This document shows positions 50,169 to 58,618 of a stretch of 64,000 nucleotides of DNA, in pieces. The DNA comes from a virus (lineage: Duplodnaviria; Heunggongvirae; Uroviricota; Caudoviricetes): the IMG/VR virus record IMGVR_UViG_3300035703_000003, one strand, 5' to 3'. The first letter of the stretch is position 1; each line of letters begins with the position of its first letter. The notes under the pieces were generated by a model, which saw only the letters and a program-made list of their open reading frames with translations, had not been told where the DNA came from and ran no database searches. The position numbers and the translations under genes are program-made.

Positions 50169-50446
50169 CGACTAAATGTCAGTTTATACACAATTATGTC
50201 TTCTTTATTTTTGAACCAAAAGACTTCGCCTGTCCAAGTGTAGTTCTCGCCAAATATTTCTTTACATTGACGATGGCATTCTTTCCAATTCAAATGAAAA
50301 TATTGTGTGCATATAACAGGATGCCAGCCTTTTGCTAACAGATCTTTGCACCATACACTTTCTAATTGATTACTTTCAAGCAAAACCCACTCTTTAGCGA
50401 GCTCCTCTTCTGCAATGATAATTGCTCGTCTGTCCGGAGTTGACAT
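50165..50446 (-). CDS. Hypothetical protein of the F-x4-D-x3-F-K-L family
   Basis: Ends FWFKNKEDIIVYKLTF. Confidence 0.6.
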   Translation of the reverse strand: MSTPDRRAIIIAEEELAKEWVLLESNQLESVWCKDLLAKGWHPVICTQYFHLNWKECHRQCKEIFGENYTWTGEVFWFKNKEDIIVYKLTFSR

Positions 50447-50757
50447 TAAGTGTGTTCCACTACTTTGATACCCGTTGCTTCAATTGCACTTTGACAAACA
50501 GGGCAAGGTTTAGCATTACTAGGCTTGCCGACTTTATCAAACCGCATCACAACAATCTTGTGCGCTTTGTCGAGCCGTTTGCAACGAGCAATAGCATGAA
50601 TTTCAGCATGAAGGAAAATTTTATCAGGCAAACCAACCTTTTCAGCATGTTTGCATTGCAACGGGTGAGTTTTGCAGTAGGAGTTTTTACCCACCGACAA
50701 AACTTTGCCCCGTTTATCGTAAATGATAGCAGTGATATCAAACCGTGCTTTGGACAT
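50446..50757 (-). CDS. Zn-dependent cytidine/deoxycytidylate deaminase-fold protein
   Basis: HAEIHAI and KPCPVC motifs. Confidence 0.85.
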   Translation of the reverse strand: MSKARFDITAIIYDKRGKVLSVGKNSYCKTHPLQCKHAEKVGLPDKIFLHAEIHAIARCKRLDKAHKIVVMRFDKVGKPSNAKPCPVCQSAIEATGIKVVEHT

Positions 50758-51041
50758 TAGCCGACCTGAGCGTTAATGAAATCCACCAGGTCTTCTGCAA
50801 ACACACCTTCGACCTTCTTGTCGTATTTGATGTCAACACCACGAATACGGAAAAAGTCGATATTGTAAAGGTCTTGCCCTTCGTCGTATTTGACGTAAAC
50901 ATGACCTTTCCAGCGAGTCATACCGCTAGTTTTAAACTTGAGCCCTGCACCCATGTCTACAAAGTCTTTAGCGCCCCATGCAGCAAAAGCCCACTTATCG
51001 AGCGTTTTGATTTGCTGCATGATGATTTTTGCTACCGACAT
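50757..51041 (-). CDS. Conserved phage hypothetical protein
   Basis: Downstream of promoter 51070-51098; SD. Confidence 0.7.
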   Translation of the reverse strand: MSVAKIIMQQIKTLDKWAFAAWGAKDFVDMGAGLKFKTSGMTRWKGHVYVKYDEGQDLYNIDFFRIRGVDIKYDKKVEGVFAEDLVDFINAQVG

Positions 51042-51069
51042 CTGTTCATCCTTCGTTGCCTACATGTTA

Positions 51070-51098
51070 TATATAATGTAAGACGTCTTGAATGTCAA
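51070..51098 (-). promoter_or_regulatory. Sigma70-type promoter with perfect AAGACGTCTT palindrome
   Basis: TTGACA-17-TATATA; palindrome at 51080-51089. Confidence 0.8.
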
Positions 51099-51101
51099 CC
51101 A

Positions 51102-51302
51102 TTATTTGAACAGAACTTTAACCAAATTCCCCGCTGGGTCGAACATGGTGCAGACTCTGTTGCTCACACTCTTAACAGTGGTGCGAGTTTGCCACCACGC
51201 TTCAGCTTCTGCCTCGGTGTCCACAAACACAGCGTTCCACTCCAATGGCCCGTTGGGGTTTTCTGCATTAGATTTAGAGAATTGTGTTCTTACTTGCCAC
51301 AC
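51102..51302 (-). CDS. Small hypothetical early protein
   Basis: GGAG SD, GTG start, own promoter. Confidence 0.6.
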   Translation of the reverse strand: MWQVRTQFSKSNAENPNGPLEWNAVFVDTEAEAEAWWQTRTTVKSVSNRVCTMFDPAGNLVKVLFK

Positions 51303-51331
51303 CTTGATTCTCCGTGTTGCCCTACATATAC

Positions 51332-51360
51332 AATATAGTGTAAGAGCTCTTGGATGTCAA
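51332..51360 (-). promoter_or_regulatory. Sigma70-type promoter with perfect AAGAGCTCTT palindrome
   Basis: TTGACA-17-TATATT; 42 bp identical to 29288-29329. Confidence 0.85.
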
Positions 51361-51920
51361 CCTCGAAAGTATTTGCTTTCGTAAAAAATCTGTTCTAAAA
51401 ATAACTTAGCACCTTTGCTAACATTATTTTCCCACTCTTTACCTTGGTCTTCATCGCTGTCTACGTCACTAATGTATTTGTAACTATAGAATGGAACATT
51501 AAACATTTGTGCAGTTGCAGCTAGTGCATATGCTTCCATATCTACAATATCGTATCCTTGTTGCGGACGAGCAAAACTATCACCTGTTCCGCAAATTACA
51601 CCCGGATCTTTATTTGAAGTATAGATAAGAGGTTTCTGATCAACTGCAGAAACATACAAAGGTAGACCGATGGGTGTCAGATCCATGTCACGTTCTAACA
51701 CTGCGCTAACGTGTAGTAGCTGCCCTTTGTAATAATCGTCTGATGCTCCTGCAGTTCCGTAATTGATAACAAATTCTGTATGAGGATTGGTTGTTAGGTA
51801 TTTAGATAATTGCATTGCTGCATTTACTTTCCCTACACCTGTATATAGAATGTTAAAACCTTTAGGTGCATACTCACGCTGAAATTCTTCAGGTAATGCA
51901 ACTACAATTAATTTGCTCAT
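51357..51920 (-). CDS. MTA/SAH nucleosidase-like protein (PNP/UDP family)
   Basis: TGVGKVNAA, INYGTAG, TGDSF, VDMEAYA, KYISD. Confidence 0.85.
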   Translation of the reverse strand: MSKLIVVALPEEFQREYAPKGFNILYTGVGKVNAAMQLSKYLTTNPHTEFVINYGTAGASDDYYKGQLLHVSAVLERDMDLTPIGLPLYVSAVDQKPLIYTSNKDPGVICGTGDSFARPQQGYDIVDMEAYALAATAQMFNVPFYSYKYISDVDSDEDQGKEWENNVSKGAKLFLEQIFYESKYFRG

Positions 51921-51928
51921 AATAGCCC

Positions 51929-52327
51929 TTATAATGGAATCGTATAGTGATAAGTATTTGTCGCTATATTTCTTGCAACGGTTACACCCATATCAGTTAA
52001 CGGGTCTAATCTTAACTGTTTATACATATTGCTATGTATTGGTTTAAACTTAGGATTAACTAGTTGTAACTGTATAACCGGATTTTGCTTTACTGCAGAA
52101 TAAACAACAACTAAATCATCGTACCCCACTACCCAACTTTGTATTAATACATGGAGTTGTGCAACTTTATCTGTAGATCCATACGATTCGTATATTGCGT
52201 GATGTCGGTGATATAAAGTATTAATTCTTGGCTCACCGTTTGCTTTTGTTGTAGACTTAGATTTGTTAGACTTTACGTCTTTGTTATTAACTTTAATATC
52301 TTTTTCTAAGTTTACTTTGTTTCCCAT
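51929..52327 (-). CDS. Hypothetical protein
   Basis: TAAATA directly upstream. Confidence 0.55.
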   Translation of the reverse strand: MGNKVNLEKDIKVNNKDVKSNKSKSTTKANGEPRINTLYHRHHAIYESYGSTDKVAQLHVLIQSWVVGYDDLVVVYSAVKQNPVIQLQLVNPKFKPIHSNMYKQLRLDPLTDMGVTVARNIATNTYHYTIPL

Positions 52328-52338
52328 GTTAGTATTTA

Positions 52339-53256
52339 TTAGCTAATCTGTTGCAGTTCGATTAGTGTAGCACTTAAGTTAATTTCAGGATCAGCAACTT
52401 GAGTATGTTTAACCATACCGTTACGAATAACAATAACTGCTTCGTCTTGTTGATCTTCATTACTTCCAAACATTGTAATGTTACGATACAACCAGCGGAA
52501 AATATCTTCGTATTCGTCGGCACGAGCATTAGCAATGATTAGCTGGCGTGCTTCTCTAATCTTTTTAGCTTTAAACAGCTCTACCATTTTAATGCGCCAG
52601 CCAGTGTCTTGATCTGATGATTCTGCTTGACGCAATTGACCATTAACACATGCAGACTGAACGCTATTAATAGTTTTACGCAAGTCCGGATAAGTTGCAC
52701 GAACAAAACTATCTAGAGTTTCAATTTCAAACTGGACGTTGTTTTCTACTAGAATTTCTGCAATACGAACTGTAAAGTCGGTCTGATCTAAACTAGTGAT
52801 GTGAAATCCTTGACAGCGACTATGAATAGCAGGGATAATTTTATTTGGATAGTTACAAGTTAGAATAAAGCGAACAGTGCTTGCATACTGTTCCATAACT
52901 CCACGCAATGCAGCTTGACCTTCTGCAGAGATATGATCCGCCTCGTCTAGTAAGATAACTTTAACATCGCCCCATGGCATCGTTTCACTAAAGTTAGTAA
53001 TCTTACGACGAATAAGATCGACACCGTTGTCACGACTTGCGTTGATTAACAATACATCTGCTTCTTGGACGCCTAAATCATTTATTAGCACTTTTGCAAG
53101 TGTAGTTTTACCTGTGCCCGGACTGCCACTGAACAACAAATGTGGAATTGTTCTGCTATTAACCCATTGCAGCACTTGTTCTTTTTGTGCTGCGTCTTTA
53201 AACACATATTCGCCTACTGTTTTAGGTCGATACTTTTCTGTCCAGATTTCTTTCAT
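52339..53256 (-). CDS. Clamp loader subunit (RFC small subunit / T4 gp44-like)
   Basis: WTEKYRP, GSPGTGKT, INAS, LDEAD, FILTCNY, SRC. Confidence 0.92.
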   Translation of the reverse strand: MKEIWTEKYRPKTVGEYVFKDAAQKEQVLQWVNSRTIPHLLFSGSPGTGKTTLAKVLINDLGVQEADVLLINASRDNGVDLIRRKITNFSETMPWGDVKVILLDEADHISAEGQAALRGVMEQYASTVRFILTCNYPNKIIPAIHSRCQGFHITSLDQTDFTVRIAEILVENNVQFEIETLDSFVRATYPDLRKTINSVQSACVNGQLRQAESSDQDTGWRIKMVELFKAKKIREARQLIIANARADEYEDIFRWLYRNITMFGSNEDQQDEAVIVIRNGMVKHTQVADPEINLSATLIELQQIS

Positions 53257-53483
53257 TGTTCTAGCCTTTTTATTTTATTTTCAAGTTCTTCGATGTAGTC
53301 TGCAATCTTCCAATCAACTGAGTCCATACATTTAAATTTGTATTCGTCACCTGCACGGTTACGTAAAAATCGAACCATTGGACTGGGATTCATCATAGGT
53401 GTTAGTTCAGGGAACACCCGGTCTATAACATCGTGTTCGTTTTCTTCTTCTTCAAACCCATGTGTGTTATGTGGAGCGATCAT
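53253..53483 (-). CDS. Hypothetical protein
   Basis: Coupled ORF. Confidence 0.55.
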   Translation of the reverse strand: MIAPHNTHGFEEEENEHDVIDRVFPELTPMMNPSPMVRFLRNRAGDEYKFKCMDSVDWKIADYIEELENKIKRLEQ

Positions 53484-53776
53484 TTAATTAAATTACTCCA
53501 TGTCTTTAATTTATTTCGCTTTACATCTACTCTAGCATCTAATTCGTCATCAGTCAAGACGCCATGTTCTACCATTAGTTTAATCATACAAAGCACATCA
53601 CCTGCTTCTTCGACTAGTTGATACCTATACTTGTCAGAAGACATGTCTTCCATATTATCATACTTACGCATAATCTTCATGCAGACTTGGGTTAATTCAC
53701 CCGATTCTTCTGTTGTAATTGCCATCAACTGTTGAAAGGCATTTAAAGGCGACTCTAATTCTTCGTTACTTACCAT
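53480..53776 (-). CDS. MazG-like NTP pyrophosphohydrolase
   Basis: EESGELTQ..K..LVEEAGDV. Confidence 0.75.
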   Translation of the reverse strand: MVSNEELESPLNAFQQLMAITTEESGELTQVCMKIMRKYDNMEDMSSDKYRYQLVEEAGDVLCMIKLMVEHGVLTDDELDARVDVKRNKLKTWSNLIK

Positions 53777-53777
53777 G

Positions 53778-54368
53778 TTATTTTCTTCCTACTAAAGTAA
53801 ATCGTGTGTATACATTAAGTTCTATCGAGTTTTCATAATATATTGTATCTAACGGAAATCTTTTTTTCATTTCATCTATATTATGACACAAGTTAACATG
53901 GTCGTGAATGTTAAAATTATTTGATTGCATCACTACTTCGGTTCCCGTCGGTAATAAATCAAACCAACTATCGTTCATATGTTCTGTGGATAAATTTATA
54001 ACAGTTGTAAATTCGCTAAATTTATCGAATGTTAGCGCATCGCAAATAAAGTAATTTTTGTGATTAGCTACATTTAGTAAAAATCTTTTGCTAACTGTTT
54101 CCAATCTGCTATCATAATCAAGTTGACTGAAATCAAAATTTGGATATTGATCACACAAGAATCTAGTTAAAACTCCAAACCAAGATCCCAAATATAACAC
54201 GTTTTTATAAGGTGTTTTGGGTAATTTAGAAAAACCGATAATTGCATCAGTTTTGCTTACGATTTGATTTGTGTGAAATGCATCTCGTAGTTCGTTGAAA
54301 GTCACTCTACTTTTAATATCATCTTCATATAATATATCCATAAATTTTGGAATATATTGTTCGATCAT
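53778..54368 (-). CDS. Class I SAM-dependent methyltransferase-like protein
   Basis: VLYLGSWFG, INLSTEHM, VMQSNN. Confidence 0.7.
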   Translation of the reverse strand: MIEQYIPKFMDILYEDDIKSRVTFNELRDAFHTNQIVSKTDAIIGFSKLPKTPYKNVLYLGSWFGVLTRFLCDQYPNFDFSQLDYDSRLETVSKRFLLNVANHKNYFICDALTFDKFSEFTTVINLSTEHMNDSWFDLLPTGTEVVMQSNNFNIHDHVNLCHNIDEMKKRFPLDTIYYENSIELNVYTRFTLVGRK

Positions 54369-54691
54369 TATATAATATCTTCTTCGTTACCTTCATAGAT
54401 GCCCAAAATATCTTTAGCATCAATCCCGTATAGTAGTTTACCGTCTGGATGATTAACATCAAACCCACGAGTCCACCTACCGTGTGGCACAGCAATAATA
54501 TCGCCAGGCTTAATATCATCATACACGCCGCTGCCTATACCAACATCATGCACACGGAAAAATCGAGTCTTCACTCCACGTTCATTACCATCGTCGTTTA
54601 ATACAATAAGTCCACCTTTAGAAACTGTTTCTCCTGGCGGATTAATAAAGAAACCTAGCACACTTGTTCTAGTTGCTTTAACGTTAATCAT
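54368..54691 (-). CDS. GroES-like co-chaperonin
   Basis: ETVSKGGLIV mobile loop, VGIG, IKPGDII, DILGI. Confidence 0.75.
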   Translation of the reverse strand: MINVKATRTSVLGFFINPPGETVSKGGLIVLNDDGNERGVKTRFFRVHDVGIGSGVYDDIKPGDIIAVPHGRWTRGFDVNHPDGKLLYGIDAKDILGIYEGNEEDII

Positions 54692-54692
54692 T

Positions 54693-55076
54693 TTATTCCT
54701 CTTTTAATTCTACTGTTTCGATGCTGCCATCGTCATATTCGATTTCAACATACTTTGTGCCATCTTCTCTAGTACGAGTGATTTTACTAATTGGTTCAGG
54801 ATCTAATTCCACATCTGGAACATCGATCTTCTTTGTGGCCTGTGTAGTTGGTGTCACTGGCTTAGGATCGCTAATTGCAGTGGGTTGCGGTGTTGATCGA
54901 CGGTCATGATCCAACCGTGCCATTTGTTCGACTGTTATTTTAACGCTGCCGTCTGGATTTAATCTATCACCTCGAGCATTCATTAATGCGTTGCCAACTG
55001 CTTTTACTTTTTCGTTTTTGGCAGATAACACACCCATATCTATAACTGCACCTCTTGCAGTTTTGATTTGTCTCAT
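54693..55076 (-). CDS. Conserved jumbo-phage hypothetical protein
   Basis: TARG..IDM..AVGN.MNARGD. Confidence 0.65.
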   Translation of the reverse strand: MRQIKTARGAVIDMGVLSAKNEKVKAVGNALMNARGDRLNPDGSVKITVEQMARLDHDRRSTPQPTAISDPKPVTPTTQATKKIDVPDVELDPEPISKITRTREDGTKYVEIEYDDGSIETVELKEE

Positions 55077-55624
55077 CTCAGAAACTCCTTATAATCTAAA
55101 TTATACTTCATACTATCTATTTTGTGAACCCCGATAAGAAATAATACATAACTTGCAACGCTAGATCCTCTGCCCACACCCCATACAATGTTATTTGCTC
55201 GCATCGTGTCAACTAGGTATATCATAAATTTAAGAACTGGTGTTAACCCACGATCAACATACACATCCATTTCTTCACATACACGTTTCCATTCAGCAGT
55301 GCTATACATACGATCACCATCAGCGTTGCAGTTTAGATGTTTTTCTAAACAGTTGCTCAGATAATCGTAAACACTTATTTCTTTGTATTCGATTGGCAAC
55401 CACCAATTATCAATTAATGTTGCCATATACTTATCAGTAGTAGAATCGGACAGTTCCACATCAATGTTACCATCGAATAAAAATAGATTACAAAATCGAT
55501 TATATCTGTCTATGGCTGCGGTGCTTTGCATAGTAACCATGTTAGGTCTTGTTCCTTGTAGAAACAGTTCTACAAGAGCATTTTCATCAACAACTAATTC
55601 GTTAGCTGTATTCAGTTTATTCAT
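55073..55624 (-). CDS. DNA polymerase III alpha (DnaE) fragment covering the N-terminal part of the palm
   Basis: R..EE..WGVGRGSSVASYVLFLIGVHKID..KY.L...EFLR then stop. Confidence 0.85.
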   Translation of the reverse strand: MNKLNTANELVVDENALVELFLQGTRPNMVTMQSTAAIDRYNRFCNLFLFDGNIDVELSDSTTDKYMATLIDNWWLPIEYKEISVYDYLSNCLEKHLNCNADGDRMYSTAEWKRVCEEMDVYVDRGLTPVLKFMIYLVDTMRANNIVWGVGRGSSVASYVLFLIGVHKIDSMKYNLDYKEFLR

Positions 55625-55860
55625 CCAATTTCAAACGAGCTATCAGGATTTTTGCCTGCAGCAATAAGTTTTTCACGTTCTGACTTAACTTGCTCTTGTG
55701 CCATTCTTGTTTGTAGCTCGATGTTAACATGTTCTAGCATATTTTGCAACTGATACATAACTTGGCCACTCATGCCGTGCGCTTGTGACATACGCTGTCT
55801 AATTTCAATTTGTTTTTGTAGAAGTTGTTCTACATTTAAATCTTCTAAGTTTAAGAACAT
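55621..55860 (-). CDS. Coiled-coil hypothetical protein
   Basis: Coupled ORF. Confidence 0.6.
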   Translation of the reverse strand: MFLNLEDLNVEQLLQKQIEIRQRMSQAHGMSGQVMYQLQNMLEHVNIELQTRMAQEQVKSEREKLIAAGKNPDSSFEIG

Positions 55861-56612
55861 TATGGTTGTTTCCTAATACGTTCGTTGTATTTAATACTAC
55901 TATTAATTAGTTCTAAATCAACATCCACTAATTCCGCTGTCTTTGAAATGGCAGCAGTATCTTTAGGAAAACAGTGTCCACCAAATCCACGTTCTTTAGT
56001 GACTTTAGTATGACTATTACCTATCCTATGATCGGTAGCAACTACATGAGATACCATGTCATAGCTTACACCGGTTGCGTTACACAAGTCATACATTTGG
56101 TTAAAGAAGGTAACCTTTGTAGCTAGAAATGCATTACGAAAGTATTTTGCTAGTATAAGTTCTTCAACTGTGGCCATTTCCGTAGTAAAAGTTGAATCGT
56201 CAAATGCTACACGGAACACAGCATGCCAATATCCCACGTCATCGCCACCCATGTAAACGTGTCTAGTCTTTAAGAAATCTTCTACAGCATTAGCTGCTCG
56301 AAGAAACTCTGGACTAAAAGCCAACTTATGAGTAGGGAATTGTTTTTTGATATCTTGCCAACCCTCAAGGCTTATAGTGCTTTTAATAAGGATAGGAATG
56401 TCATTACTTACTAATTTAATTACATCAATGACATTATTGTAATTACACGACCCGTCGGTATTAGGAGGTGTGCTAACACAAACAATCACCGACTCGGGAG
56501 AACCGATGTTGTTGTATCCTTTGTATGGATCATAAATGTTTACATTGAATTTTTCTTTTAACACAGCTTCGTGAGCCATGCCTACAAATCCGTAGCCTGC
56601 AATAGTTATCAT
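55860..56612 (-). CDS. UDP-glucose/GDP-mannose dehydrogenase family protein (C-terminal domain absent)
   Basis: GYGFVG, CVSTP, IKST, SPEFLR, KYFRNAFLATK, GFGGHCFPKD. Confidence 0.88.
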   Translation of the reverse strand: MITIAGYGFVGMAHEAVLKEKFNVNIYDPYKGYNNIGSPESVIVCVSTPPNTDGSCNYNNVIDVIKLVSNDIPILIKSTISLEGWQDIKKQFPTHKLAFSPEFLRAANAVEDFLKTRHVYMGGDDVGYWHAVFRVAFDDSTFTTEMATVEELILAKYFRNAFLATKVTFFNQMYDLCNATGVSYDMVSHVVATDHRIGNSHTKVTKERGFGGHCFPKDTAAISKTAELVDVDLELINSSIKYNERIRKQP

Positions 56613-56632
56613 ATGTATACCTCTTATACTTT

Positions 56633-56667
56633 AATATATGCTGTTTTTAGTGGTTTGTCAATAAATA
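56633..56667. promoter_or_regulatory. Back-to-back sigma70 promoter (-) and TAAATA late motif (+)
   Basis: TTGACA(56656-56661)-17-TATATT on minus; TAAATA at 56662-56667 on plus. Confidence 0.6.
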
Positions 56668-56689
56668 ATTTTGAGTAGGAGTGACAACC

Positions 56690-57469
56690 ATGATAAATGA
56701 ATTAGATTTCGCTAGCCGAAGTCTATTATTCGCTAGAATAGCGAGTATAGCTTACGACGACAATCAAGAAGCAGTAACAACAGAAGCAACTAAGTTAGGA
56801 TTCACAACAGTTGAATTTTACAATGTAGACGGTGCTCAAGCATACCGTTTCATGAACAACGAAGATATAGTAATTGCATGTCGAGGAACACAACCAACAC
56901 AATGGAATGACATTAAGGCTGATTTAAAAGCTGCACCAGTTAGATCAGAAACATTTGGTCGAGTACATAGAGGTTTCAATCGTGAAGTTAATGACTTGTG
57001 GCCGCTAGTAAAGGAAGATTTATACGAAGTAAGCAAATCACGCAAGGCTTGGTTTTGTGGACATAGTTTAGGTGCTGCAATGGCAACCATTATGGCAAGT
57101 CGTTGCGAAAACGATCCTGTAATGCCAACTGTTGAAGAATTATACACATATGGTTCTCCTCGTGTCGGCTGGAGAACATTTGTTAATAGTTTAGCAGTTA
57201 GACATCATCGCTGGGTTAATAATAACGATATCGTAACACAAGTGCCGCTTTTATTAATGGGATACGTCCATGACGGAGAAGAACATTATTTAAACGCATT
57301 CGGCAATGTTCGTAAACATACTGTATGGCAACGAATCAAAGATCGTATGCGTGGAATGATAATGGGAATTAAACAAGGTAAGATTGATAATTTCAGTGAC
57401 CACAGCATGGAAATCTATGTTGCATATTTAGAAACATATGCAAAGGGTGCGGAATACGTGCAATATTAA
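56690..57469 (+). CDS. Lipase class 3 family protein
   Basis: RGT, VHRGF, GHSLGAAMA, TYGSPRVG, NNNDIV, DH. Confidence 0.9.
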   Translation: MINELDFASRSLLFARIASIAYDDNQEAVTTEATKLGFTTVEFYNVDGAQAYRFMNNEDIVIACRGTQPTQWNDIKADLKAAPVRSETFGRVHRGFNREVNDLWPLVKEDLYEVSKSRKAWFCGHSLGAAMATIMASRCENDPVMPTVEELYTYGSPRVGWRTFVNSLAVRHHRWVNNNDIVTQVPLLLMGYVHDGEEHYLNAFGNVRKHTVWQRIKDRMRGMIMGIKQGKIDNFSDHSMEIYVAYLETYAKGAEYVQY

Positions 57470-57499
57470 AAAAGAAACGCCCTATTAGAGCGTTTCTTT
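57468..57499. terminator. Bidirectional terminator
   Basis: aaagaaacgc-cctattaga-gcgtttcttt between convergent genes. Confidence 0.75.
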
Positions 57500-57523
57500 A
57501 TTATGGATGTAATGACCTTTTAA

Positions 57524-58207
57524 CTATTCTCTGTTGCCAAGAAGACTTAGCAGCATTTGGAACAAGTTAATGAAATTGAGGTATAAGTTAAGTGCCATTT
57601 CGATGGCAAACTTAGCAGTTTCTTCTGCATTTAACCTACCACTTACAAATACACTTTTAGCAGTTTGTGTATCATACGCAGTAAGGCCAGTGAAAATAAT
57701 AACACCAATAATGCTTACAGCAAATTGTAAAGCACTTGATTGTAAGAAAATGTTCACAATACTTGCAATAATGATACCAATAAGTCCTACGATTAAGAAA
57801 CTGCCCCAACCGCTAAGATCTTTCTTTGTTGTGTATCCATACAAGCTAGCACCTGCAAAGGTTGCAGCGGTGATGAAGAATACTTGTGCAATACTTGCCG
57901 CCGTATAGATAGCAAAGATAGTGCTAAGGCTAACACCCATTACAGCAGTAAACACATAATAAAATGTTCGTGTAGCAGTGAAACTCCAATTGCGTCCTGC
58001 AAAACTGTAATAAAGAATCATACCGAGTGGTGCAAAAACAAACAGCCACATAAGTGGTCCCATAGATGCTAGCGCACCACTAGCATATGTAAAGTAAGCA
58101 ACTACGCCGCTAATAGCAAGGCCAACAGCGGTATAGTTGTAAAGAGCAAGCATAAATGTTCTTAGTGCATCATCATAGGCTGCACCTGTCATAACACGAG
58201 TGTTCAT
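57524..58207 (-). CDS. Bax inhibitor-1/YccA family membrane protein
   Basis: Seven TM helices; YGYTTKKDLS, FTGLTAYDTQ, ALNLYLNFINLF. Confidence 0.92.
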   Translation of the reverse strand: MNTRVMTGAAYDDALRTFMLALYNYTAVGLAISGVVAYFTYASGALASMGPLMWLFVFAPLGMILYYSFAGRNWSFTATRTFYYVFTAVMGVSLSTIFAIYTAASIAQVFFITAATFAGASLYGYTTKKDLSGWGSFLIVGLIGIIIASIVNIFLQSSALQFAVSIIGVIIFTGLTAYDTQTAKSVFVSGRLNAEETAKFAIEMALNLYLNFINLFQMLLSLLGNRE

Positions 58208-58611
58208 AGATCCCCTTCCTTACGATTTTCTGAATAATAAACGTCAAACGATCCTCCAGGATAGCGTGACTCTAGTTTGCGAACATTCTCGGCGAGGACT
58301 TCGTTCGGATCTTCGCCGATAGCACGACATGCACTTACAAAATACCACGCAATGTCACCGAGTTCACGTTTCATATGAAAGATTGTGTCTTCGTTCATAG
58401 GCTTGCCTTGAAAGACACACTTTTTAATAATTTCGTTAAACTCGCCGCCTTCGCTAGCTAGACCAGTGCCGCCAGTCATCAATAGTGCAATGTTTACAGT
58501 TTGATTGAGTTCACGTAGCCGCACAATAAGTGCTTCTAGATCATTACTTGCATTACTTGTTACTGCTTCTACAAAGTCAGTGTATGCATTTAGATCTACT
58601 TTTTTTGTCAT
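58204..58611 (-). CDS. MazG-like NTP pyrophosphohydrolase
   Basis: GLASEGGEFNEIIKK..KRELGDIAWY..N..KL..RYP. Confidence 0.85.
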   Translation of the reverse strand: MTKKVDLNAYTDFVEAVTSNASNDLEALIVRLRELNQTVNIALLMTGGTGLASEGGEFNEIIKKCVFQGKPMNEDTIFHMKRELGDIAWYFVSACRAIGEDPNEVLAENVRKLESRYPGGSFDVYYSENRKEGDL

Positions 58612-58618
58612 TATTTCC

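Noticed and set aside
50745-51338. 197-aa plus-strand ORF (also 48684-49232 and 35127-35672)
   Set aside because: They run across minus-strand genes and their promoters and show no protein motifs
26512-51363. Dispersed ~40-bp repeats as CRISPR repeats, att sites or IS ends
   Set aside because: They carry -35/-10 boxes at 17-bp spacing upstream of genes, and no cas, integrase or transposase gene is present
55073-55624. Split intein or frameshift in dnaE
   Set aside because: No intein motif at the break, and the downstream sequence encodes an unrelated coupled gene
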